Shown here one piece after another: positions 17,223 through 24,678 of a stretch of 64,000 nt of DNA (positions within the stretch are counted from its first letter, which is position 1; every line of letters begins with the position of its first letter). The notes under the pieces are model-generated. The model made no database searches. It saw only the letters and a list, made by a program, of their open reading frames with translations, and was not told the origin of the DNA. The position numbers and the translations under genes were made by a program. The DNA is taken from NCBI GenBank assembly GCA_000998045.1, contig LCCS01000007.1, forward strand, positions 5,220 to 69,219, read 5' to 3'. Source of the stretch: Parcubacteria group bacterium GW2011_GWD2_42_14. GTDB taxonomy: Bacteria; Patescibacteriota; Minisyncoccia; Phycocordibacterales; UBA12088.

Positions 17223-18055
17223 TTATTTGCTCTCAACTGACACAACACATCTGAATCCCAATGCATCACCATTAAAGGTTTCGGGACTTGCCGCATAGGT
17301 AGCATATAACCCTGCATCATCATAGTTATTGAAATAGCCTCCACGCATAATTCCCGCCTCAATGTTTGAGTCTGTCCAAAATCTATCATTAAAATAATTT
17401 GCACTTTTTTCTGTCCCAGTCGTATATGCCAGACAAACCCTGATTCGGGAAGAATGGAGTTTTGATACATACCGAGAGCAACCGTACCTTCTACCCACTC
17501 CCACACGTTTCCTATCATATCGTATGCACCCGCAGATGAAATGCATCGCGTTCCACTGCCTGTTTCAGAAACTCCCTCTGCCCTGTTGTGTGCAACATTG
17601 CAATCTTCTTCGTTCCAGCCACTCGCCTCATCGGGTGTGCCAAACGCTGCAACAAACCATTCGTTAGGTGTCGGTAGTCGTTTACCCGCTTGTGCGCACG
17701 CGCGCTCTGCAAGCTCTCGCGTTACATGTCTCCATGGTATACGCTCTTTTCTAGCAACAGGTATACACGTAGTGTTTGAAAGGTTAAACATTGATTCATC
17801 GATATTTTTGGGATCTTGATAGAAGCACGCCTCATGTGCAGACACCTCGTACACATCAATACAGAAAGGATTAAGTGTTTTTGAGATGTACACCATATTG
17901 TCAGGACATGAACCCTGAAATGGTCGCGTAGAAAACAGCAAACCACCAAGTAACGTGTGGTACTGGTCGCGAAAGTCAAAAGCATTCACAGCAAGTGTGG
18001 CGAGAAGCGTTGAACCCACAACGACCGCTATGGTCTTTGCCAGATTTCTAAGCAT
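17223..18055 (-). pseudogene. FGE-sulfatase (SUMF1/EgtB/PvdO) family protein, frameshifted at an A6/T6 homopolymer
   Basis: ORF 17219..18055 carries a signal/TM and the hallmark GAYDMIGNVWEWVEG. The C-terminal hallmark RGGYFNN...GDALGFRCV is in the -1 frame (ORF 17223..17546). The two frames overlap around T6 at ~17405-17410 (minus-strand cagAAAAAAgtg); one extra A would give a single ~277-aa protein. Confidence 0.55.
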
Positions 18056-18136
18056 GATGTATAGGATGGAAATGCACCCTATATCAGTATTCTATCATCG
18101 AAATGGCCTATCCCTTTCCTGATGCAGTGGATAGAA

Positions 18137-18250
18137 AAGTTGAAAGTTAAATGTTTAAAGTTAAAAGTTAAATGCACCTCGCCTTCGGCGAACACAATCC
18201 CGCACATGCGGGATTGTGAACTTTCAACTTTAAACTTTCAACATTTAACT
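18137..18250. repeat. Hairpin element: tetraloop hairpin CGCCTTCGGCG plus perfect GC hairpin CAATCCCGCACATGCGGGATTG, flanked by inverted AAAGTT-type AT-rich repeats. Probable terminator for gene 18245..18610.
   Basis: The palindrome was read directly. The flanks are GAAAGTTAAATGTTTAAAGTTAAAAGTTAAATG and GAACTTTCAACTTTAAACTTTCAACATTTAAC. A similarly built element is at 58436-58545. Confidence 0.45.
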
Positions 18251-18610
18251 CACTAGTGATTTTCGTCTCTTTGAATCAAGATAAAAGTTCATTAAGATAA
18301 GTCCCAAGAGACCACTACCCATGAGCGTGATAAGAAGTAGCACTTTTCTATCGCCTGAACCTTGTGATGTGGTAAGAGCAAGCTCACGAGCATCAAGCAT
18401 CTTCTCTCTTTCATCTAACTGTGCTACAAGAGTATTCACACCATTCTCCTCTACGCCAGCATACACACCGACAGTGTTTGCGGTCAAATCAGAATCTTGT
18501 TGAAGTGCAATACTCCAACTCTGCCCGAGAAGTAGTGCAAAGGCTGAAAACAATACAAGAGTCGTATTAAGGAGAAGTTTGATTTCTCTCTTTGAGTATA
18601 ACCAAAACAT
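18245..18610 (-). CDS. Small membrane protein with coiled-coil segment (hypothetical)
   Basis: ORF with N-terminal and C-terminal hydrophobic helices; no recognisable motif. Confidence 0.45.
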   Translation of the reverse strand: MFWLYSKREIKLLLNTTLVLFSAFALLLGQSWSIALQQDSDLTANTVGVYAGVEENGVNTLVAQLDEREKMLDARELALTTSQGSGDRKVLLLITLMGSGLLGLILMNFYLDSKRRKSLVS

Positions 18611-18628
18611 ACCTCCACTGTAGAACTC

Positions 18629-19708
18629 TTAGGCAAAAAAGGCAACCATTCCTATAAACAGTAAAGCGAGTATGACAAGTATCCACGTTGTAGTTCGTAC
18701 CAATCTTTTTGCAAAGGATACATTCTGTGACTTGTGCGTACTTTGTGGTGTTTGCCCTGCTTTCTTGAGCATACTTCGTACATACCTACGTACACCCACG
18801 ATAAAGGTGAGGAGTACTATTGCAAGTGCACCGAATGCTATTCCAATTTCCTTCAATGGTAATACCCAGAAACTTACCTCTTTTGTGATAGTTCTTTTTT
18901 GTGTATCACCGAAGAGCACACTTGCTTCCGCCGTATATCTTCCGAGTGCAAAGCCGTCAAATTCCCATGTGGTATCAAACACTCGGTCGAATCGAGGAAG
19001 TATAGCCCCCCCTGTCTCATTAAACTTCACCTGCCCTACTTCATTACCAAACATATCAAAGATATTGATAATACCAAGGGGTCGTTGATGTATCGTACCA
19101 GTGTTCTCTATTTTGGTTTTAAATATTACCGACGGCGTCGTAACGATAGCCTTTTCGGTAAAAAATTCACGGAAGAGCATGTCGTCGTTTATCTCACCTC
19201 GCACTCTCAGGTTCACGAGTGACGCTACGTGGAAGCCCACTCCAGCTCCTGTCTCGGTAACCTTGTCAGCTTCTCGCGTTACGAAGAAAGCGGCAAAGTA
19301 ACTCCCCGGAGATGCATCTGTAGGTACTTCTATGCGATACGGCACTGCGACAGATTCACCTACCTCCATGGTAACAGATTCAAGAGAGGGCTTCAGCCAT
19401 GCAGCTGCTTCCAAAGGATCATTGTTATTCACTTCATCTGCAAACGAGGGCGTACCTGTCTCACTCATCCCTGTAATGTTTCGCGTACCGATATAGTATG
19501 TTTGTTTTCCCCCCTCTTCGTTTGAGACGGTAAGCACACCCTCAAGCACCTGCCCTGCATCCACCACTTCGTCTATCTGGCTCGGCTGGACCTTAACTGC
19601 AAGACCGCCCTGCGCATGTGCACATGTACTCTGGAGAGTTAGGAGCCCTATTAAAAACATACCACTACCCAGCAATTTTATACTTTTAAGTGTACTGTGT
19701 TTTACCAT
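18629..19708 (-). CDS. Cell-surface protein, paralog 1 of 3. Signal peptide, two beta-rich domains, C-terminal TM anchor and basic tail, matching the DufA/CscA (DUF916-DUF3324-like) architecture.
   Basis: Signal peptide MVKHSTLKSIKLLGSGMFLIGLLTLQSTCAHAQ. Motifs shared with 21419..22690 and 22902..24218: PGSY(F/Y)A, N(T/K)GN/T-H-x-P-x-G-I-I-N-(I/M)F, GRY(T/K)AEA, and FWVLP-KEI followed by a TM helix then RRYVRSMLKK. Confidence 0.55.
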   Translation of the reverse strand: MVKHSTLKSIKLLGSGMFLIGLLTLQSTCAHAQGGLAVKVQPSQIDEVVDAGQVLEGVLTVSNEEGGKQTYYIGTRNITGMSETGTPSFADEVNNNDPLEAAAWLKPSLESVTMEVGESVAVPYRIEVPTDASPGSYFAAFFVTREADKVTETGAGVGFHVASLVNLRVRGEINDDMLFREFFTEKAIVTTPSVIFKTKIENTGTIHQRPLGIINIFDMFGNEVGQVKFNETGGAILPRFDRVFDTTWEFDGFALGRYTAEASVLFGDTQKRTITKEVSFWVLPLKEIGIAFGALAIVLLTFIVGVRRYVRSMLKKAGQTPQSTHKSQNVSFAKRLVRTTTWILVILALLFIGMVAFFA

Positions 19709-19804
19709 AAGAAAATTAAATGATTTTTCAATCTATAAACCTCCGTACAAAAAATGTGCGGAGGTTTATAGTATAGCATTAGCGTAAAGTATACCTCGCT
19801 ACTT

Positions 19805-20260
19805 CTAGAATACTGGCGTAGCAATGTAGGTAAGTGTAGCAGTGTAATCTTTTGCAGCTTCCTGTAGATTGCTAATCTCAACTTTGTAAGCTACGGTCGT
19901 TGTACCAACTCCCATACCACCAGACTGTAATGCAGGTAGAGGGTGATAAAACACTTCTACAGGATTGTTTATGAAGTTACCAACATACGCCGCCTGTGCA
20001 TTTCCCCACAGACTCGGTACGGTACTTGAACTCACTACGTTGTCGTCAGAGGTAAGTCCCCAGTGACCATAGGTATCAATCGAACCAAGCACTGGTGTAG
20101 GACCATCCCATAAGGTACTTGAGGCAATACCTCCTGCATCTGGTCCGTTAACAAACGGATTAATCGTCGCGCCGTTTCCTGATGTAAGCGTTTGGTCTGC
20201 AAACACGGTAACGCTGAAGCCGTTAAGTGCGTTTGTGTCAACTCGAAGTTGCTGTGCCAT
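19805..20260 (-). CDS. WxL-like C-terminal domain fragment (contains HWGL and a terminal YTATLTYIATPVF motif). Likely the 3' part of a single gene together with 20371..20973.
   Basis: Upstream of the ATG the frame stays open (…FGISIKGVAGGVSVNDDVTTTF…) back to 20401. A 1-nt shift within 20374-20401 would fuse it to the upstream ORF, which ends …VTVTASVSL*. Confidence 0.45.
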   Translation of the reverse strand: MAQQLRVDTNALNGFSVTVFADQTLTSGNGATINPFVNGPDAGGIASSTLWDGPTPVLGSIDTYGHWGLTSDDNVVSSSTVPSLWGNAQAAYVGNFINNPVEVFYHPLPALQSGGMGVGTTTVAYKVEISNLQEAAKDYTATLTYIATPVF

Positions 20261-20370
20261 AAGTTTCGCTGTATCAGGAGCAATGATACCGAAAGGAACT
20301 GTAGTTGCTGTAGAAGAAGCAAAGGTGGTAGTGACGTCATCGTTGACACTAACACCTCCTGCAACTCCCT

Positions 20371-20973
20371 TTATAGAGATACCGAAGCGGTAACAGTAAC
20401 ATCATCAATAACTGCAATACGAGTATCTCCTGAATCAGTCATCGTTCCTCCAAGACGTATCACGTATGAATCGGCTGTTGCAGGGTTCGCAATGAAGTTT
20501 GTAACTCCCGCAACAATTTGTACAACGGTGCCGGCAGTAATGCTGTCAGTTGGACATACGGTAAGTTCAATAAAATCAGCAGTGTCATCTACATCACTCG
20601 CGTACATCTCACTCGCGGCTCCAGTACAGTTTCCAACAGCAGCGACTTCGGTGATAGTACCGCCTGAAACAGCTGAAATATTGATATCACCAAGAGCAAG
20701 ACCTGTCAGGTCAAACTCTTGACCATCTGGATCAAAAGTAACACGTAGTGTTTCCGATGCAGCTATGGCATTTACTAACTCAAACTGTAATGTGTGCGTG
20801 GCATCTAAACCTATATCTGAATCTGATAATGTGTCGCTAAACTCAACAACGTTGTCTGCGTTTGCGTTATGAATCATGGCAGGCAAGCCTAAACTCCATG
20901 CAAGCAATGCGACAATAGTCGCTAGAGCGATAGTTCTATAGTGCATTGGAAATGCGAATGCTATATTTTTCAT
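20371..20973 (-). CDS. Secreted protein N-terminal part (signal peptide MKNIAFAFPMHYRTIALATIVALLAWSLGLPAMIHNANA). Probable 5' part of the split WxL-like gene.
   Basis: Signal peptide followed by a beta-rich T/D/G/V domain; ends 28 nt inside the open upstream extension of 19805..20260. Confidence 0.45.
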   Translation of the reverse strand: MKNIAFAFPMHYRTIALATIVALLAWSLGLPAMIHNANADNVVEFSDTLSDSDIGLDATHTLQFELVNAIAASETLRVTFDPDGQEFDLTGLALGDINISAVSGGTITEVAAVGNCTGAASEMYASDVDDTADFIELTVCPTDSITAGTVVQIVAGVTNFIANPATADSYVIRLGGTMTDSGDTRIAVIDDVTVTASVSL

Positions 20974-21276
20974 GCGTGATTGTTAATAATAATTAATAAA
21001 AAGGGCTGACTAATGTATAGCTAAAAAACCTATACGTACGGATGTACATATAACAGCAATGGTGAAATGGTGAGCGAATACAATCCGCCAACTACATTCA
21101 ATAATGATTATACATGGTATATAGCTTTTAAATGTAATAATACTGTGGATAACACGACGTAAATTTTAAATTTACAATTTGAAATTTGAAATTTGAAAAC
21201 AGCGCTGCACTCTTCTCTACAACGAATTGAAGGAAGAGAAATATAAAACCATCCACAAATTAACCATTGAAATTTT

Positions 21277-21345
21277 TTCGTCTTTGCGAGTCGAAACGAA
21301 GCAAACCATATATGGATCGCTTTGTTGCGACTCGCGATGACAATC
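21277..21345. repeat. Repeat copy 1: CGTCTTTGCGAGTCGAAACGAAGCAAACCA...GCGACTCGC (hairpin GCGAGTCG/CGACTCGC)
   Basis: Near-identical 30-mer plus inverted partner also at 25271-25335. Confidence 0.4.
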
Positions 21346-21418
21346 CTACTGGTTAGTTGTTGCTTGTATAAGCAATACTTTCCGAGCAGTTATTTGAATC
21401 TTTTATTTCCCCAATACA

Positions 21419-22690
21419 CTACTCTTCTTGTAGTTCTATAGTGCTTCCATCAGGACGAACCTCCGTCACACTGTAGTCACGCGTAACAGTCATCACATCC
21501 TCAAAGAAAAAGCTCAGCACAAAGCCACCAAACGCCACAACCACAACAGAAACAAAAAACAACCAGTACTTGTAAAGAAATGTACCGAAGGTGAGTACCT
21601 CTGTATGTTGCTGGTGATGTGACATGTACACAGCCTGCACATCAGGCTCTATCACTTCACGCGCAGGGGTACCTACACGTCTCAAATCTATCAACCCTGC
21701 TTTAATAGGCTGTACCAGTGTGCCTAGTTTAATACGAGGAACTTCAGTAGCTACATACTTACTCTGTGGTACATGCGCTGTCTGAAAGTCACCCTGCATC
21801 TGCAAATGTGCGGTTTCGAGAGCGAGTGCACGACGAATGTAGAGTCGTAGTACCCATCCCACAAAGAACACGAGTGCGAGTAAACCTCCAACAATCTGTA
21901 ATAACGGCACTACTGGCAGTACATAGAAGTATGTCGTCGCAAGTGCTGACTGCTTGGCGTCCTTACCATACCCTATCGTTGCTTCTGCTTTATATCTCCC
22001 TATATCCCACAAGCCCGTATCTGACTCCCATGTAAAGCTAAATTTGCGCACGCTGTTTGGAAGCACGTTTCCATAATCCTTTTGCTGGTTAATAGGAATC
22101 GTTCCTCGCACCTTTCCAAACATGTTGTAGATAACAATATTTCCCTGCGGTATGAGGTGTACATTTCCTTTGTTCTCAAACCGTAGTGAGAGTTTTGCTG
22201 TTGCAGTGTCATACACCATTTCTTCCGTAGCAAAATCTCGTATCTGTCCTTTCTCAATCACATCACCGGAAACGGAAAGAAAGATGAGTGAGGCTATGGA
22301 ACTGGTAACATTCACCGTGTTGCCTTCCACCCCTCTCCCCTCTGGAGATCTGTTTCCTATCAGGATAGCTGCATAATGTCCGCCTGGGGCGGCATCATTC
22401 GGAACAGTAATAGTAAGTGGGAGTTTGTACGTCTGCTCCCGCACAATAGAAAACGCTTCTTGAGGCACAGTAATCCATCCTGCTAGTGTAGAGCTCTCCT
22501 CACTTTCAGCAGTAGGAGTAATGAAGACAGGACTTCCACTTTCACCTGATGGGCGAAAAAGTACCGGGTCTGCAAATAAAGAGAGGTCGTACTGGTTGTT
22601 GTTCACGACCGTGATATATGAAGACCATGTCTCCCCCGGTTGCAGGTTTATCTGGAAGAGAGGCGGAGCAATCGTTAAACTCAAACCCAT
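21419..22690 (-). CDS. Cell-surface protein, paralog 2 of 3 (DufA/CscA-like architecture: beta domains, C-terminal TM anchor, basic tail)
   Basis: Start taken at ATG 22690 (MGLSLTIAPPLFQ…); an alternative TTG ~22741 would add CCVSIFSPTSLLFASE. The track ORF runs on to 22972 only because repeat element B is open in this frame. The C-terminal half is a large hydrophobic and repeat-like tail. Confidence 0.5.
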   Translation of the reverse strand: MGLSLTIAPPLFQINLQPGETWSSYITVVNNNQYDLSLFADPVLFRPSGESGSPVFITPTAESEESSTLAGWITVPQEAFSIVREQTYKLPLTITVPNDAAPGGHYAAILIGNRSPEGRGVEGNTVNVTSSIASLIFLSVSGDVIEKGQIRDFATEEMVYDTATAKLSLRFENKGNVHLIPQGNIVIYNMFGKVRGTIPINQQKDYGNVLPNSVRKFSFTWESDTGLWDIGRYKAEATIGYGKDAKQSALATTYFYVLPVVPLLQIVGGLLALVFFVGWVLRLYIRRALALETAHLQMQGDFQTAHVPQSKYVATEVPRIKLGTLVQPIKAGLIDLRRVGTPAREVIEPDVQAVYMSHHQQHTEVLTFGTFLYKYWLFFVSVVVVAFGGFVLSFFFEDVMTVTRDYSVTEVRPDGSTIELQEE

Positions 22691-22773
22691 CTCAGATGCA
22701 AAGAGAAGTGAGGTGGGACTGAAAATACTGACACAGCACAAAAAGACAGTGCAGGCACGACCGATATTGTACT

Positions 22774-22899
22774 TATAGGACTTATGCAAACGAGTGGAGT
22801 TCGAGGCGAGCAAACAAAATAATACGAGGCGTATAGATAGTACGGTGAGTATTATTTTGTGTAGCACAACGAAGAAATCCGCCGCTTGCGTATGTCCTA
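22774..22899. repeat. Structured intergenic element copy B (short form, ~125 nt). Outer inverted repeat ATAGGACTTATGCAAACG / CCGCTTGCGTATGTCCTAT.
   Basis: Core GGAGTTCGAGGCGAGCAAACAAAATAATACGAGGCGTA...GAGTATTATTTTGTGTAGCACAACGAAGAAATCCGCC. It lies between the stop of 22902..24218 and the start of 21419..22690. Confidence 0.6.
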
Positions 22900-22901
22900 T
22901 C

Positions 22902-24218
22902 TTACCTTCTCGAAGATAACTGAATAACATTTCCATGTGTTTTAGTATTCCCTTTTGTATCCCTTGGCGCAAGAGTCACTGTGGCACCATACGTATGTGC
23001 TTCATTTCTGCGAGATACCTGCTCTCGTGCCTGCCTTGCGTCCGTAAGGTGCAGATGGGTTACCGATGTATGTGTCTGTGGTATACGAGCAGATACTTGT
23101 GGTATTCGACTGGTTCGTCGGACATCACTACGCTCTACGAGGTCCTCATCTACACGTGCTTCCGCGCGCTTGCGAGCACGTGCTGGTTGCGCCATGGAGC
23201 TCATATGCACAATGTATGTACCTACTACGGCAAGTACGAGAACTCCCATCAAGGCTGCCGTAATCTCTTTCCATGGGAAGACCCAGAAGTACACCGTGTC
23301 TTGTACGCTTGCAAGCTGGTTTTCTCCATACTCAAGATCAAGGAACGCTTTATACTTTCCAAACCTGCCCACAGCACTCCATGACGCCGCAAGTTGTCTT
23401 TTATTTTCAGGATTTATTTCTTCACCGTCAGCGTTTAAAGGAATACTCCCCACCTCCTCTCCTTTGCGGTTAAAGATGCGTATTGAACCCCTTGGTTCAA
23501 GCAAACGGTTCCCCACGTTTTCAAGCAAATATGAAAAAGATACTGAGTTGCCAAGCACTACACTATCTTCACTTATAAAATTTCCCAACTGTAATCGCTC
23601 TATCGCATTGTCTTCCACCTCTACATTGAGCATGAGTGCGCTTCCTTCTATACCTGCTTCTGCTTCGGTGCGACGTGCCCCTTCACGAAACTGTAGTCGC
23701 GCGTAGTAGCTTCCGGGCTTTGCACTCAAGTTGACATGTATCAAGTACGGAATTTTTCGACTCTCTCGAGGGTCAAGATCTATCACTCCTCGGGTGATTT
23801 CTACCCAGTTTGCCAAAGACGTCGATAGGTCCGATGCTCCTGGCCCCACAAACTCTTTTGCACCTTCAGTGGGGTCGATATTTTCTACTGATATGTATAC
23901 ATCTACTCGCTTGTCAGTATTGTTGGTAACAATCACCTCTTTTTTGATAATGTCCCGTGGTTTTGCTTTTTCATTTGCTACTACTGGAGAAACAGAAAAC
24001 GTACTCAACCCCATACTCGTGTCTGGTATCGAGCCATCAACTTCTGCCTCTGCTTCTACTTCTACTTCTACTGGTACAGCATCCTCTATCTCACCTTGCG
24101 GAAGTGGTTCTTCTGCAAATACTAGTACTGTAGTAGTAATTAAGGTATACGCAAAAAAACAGGCCAACATACCGAAAAGAAAGGCCTGACGTACGGCTAC
24201 CTGAGTGTTTACCCCCAT
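22902..24218 (-). CDS. Cell-surface protein, paralog 3 of 3 (DufA/CscA-like architecture). Signal peptide, acidic EVEVEAEAEV stretch, two beta domains, TM anchor and Arg-rich tail.
   Basis: MGVNTQVAVRQAFLFGMLACFFAYTLITTTVLVFA signal; SAKPGSYYARLQF, GSIRIFNRKGEEVGSIPLN, and FWVFPWKEITAALMGVLVLAVVGTYIV TM followed by ARARKRAEAR. Confidence 0.55.
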   Translation of the reverse strand: MGVNTQVAVRQAFLFGMLACFFAYTLITTTVLVFAEEPLPQGEIEDAVPVEVEVEAEAEVDGSIPDTSMGLSTFSVSPVVANEKAKPRDIIKKEVIVTNNTDKRVDVYISVENIDPTEGAKEFVGPGASDLSTSLANWVEITRGVIDLDPRESRKIPYLIHVNLSAKPGSYYARLQFREGARRTEAEAGIEGSALMLNVEVEDNAIERLQLGNFISEDSVVLGNSVSFSYLLENVGNRLLEPRGSIRIFNRKGEEVGSIPLNADGEEINPENKRQLAASWSAVGRFGKYKAFLDLEYGENQLASVQDTVYFWVFPWKEITAALMGVLVLAVVGTYIVHMSSMAQPARARKRAEARVDEDLVERSDVRRTSRIPQVSARIPQTHTSVTHLHLTDARQAREQVSRRNEAHTYGATVTLAPRDTKGNTKTHGNVIQLSSRR

Positions 24219-24336
24219 AGGTATATTGTAGCGTATCTACGCAAAAAACTAGCATTTAAAGGTGTGTATAGAGTGGGCAAATTTGAAATTTGAAATGAAT
24301 CCCGTTAAAGATCCTGCCATTTATGTAAGTTCTGAA

Positions 24337-24547
24337 GGACTTACGTAAACGGATGCAGTTCGAGGCGCGCAAACAAAATACTACGAGCCGTACAGGCAGG
24401 TACGGTGAGGAGTATTTTGTGTAGCGCAACAAAGAAATGCGACCAATTTTTCTTATGAGCCTTGCAATTAGAAAAATGAAGTACTCTTGCCTGCCCCGTA
24501 CCCATTGCGAAGCTTTGTGGTACTGGGGTGGTGCGCCATTTATGTAA
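24337..24547. repeat. Structured intergenic element copy C (long form with two inserts), in tandem with copy D
   Basis: GGACTTACGTAAACGG-ATGCAGTTCGAGGCGCGCAAACAAAATACTACGAGCCGTA...GAGTATTTTGTGTAGCGCAACAAAGAAATGCGACCAATTTTTCTTATGAGCCTTGCAATTAGAAAAATGAAGTACTCTTG...GTGCGCCATTTATGTAA. Confidence 0.6.
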
Positions 24548-24556
24548 TTTCTGAAA

Positions 24557-24678
24557 GGACTTACATAAATGGATGCAGTTCGAGGCGCCCAAACAAAATG
24601 GAACGAGTTGTATGAACAATACTACGAGAGACATTTTGTGTAGGACAACGATGAAATGCGCCGTTTCCGTAAGTCCTA
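24557..24678. repeat. Structured intergenic element copy D (short form). Outer inverted repeat GGACTTACATAAATGG / CCGTTTCCGTAAGTCCT. Its 3' end overlaps the TAG stop of gene 24676..25230.
   Basis: Core ATGCAGTTCGAGGCGCCCAAACAAAATGGAACGAG...GACATTTTGTGTAGGACAACGATGAAATGCGCCG. Confidence 0.6.

Noticed and set aside
17223-17546. ORF 17223..17546 as an independent gene
   Set aside because: It encodes the C-terminal hallmark of the FGE domain whose N-terminal hallmark is in the overlapping ORF, so it is the downstream half of a frameshifted gene.
24317-24678. Tandem copies C and D as a possible CRISPR array
   Set aside because: There are only two units, no unique spacers between short identical repeats, and the units are imperfect structured elements of 120-210 nt. 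Not CRISPR.
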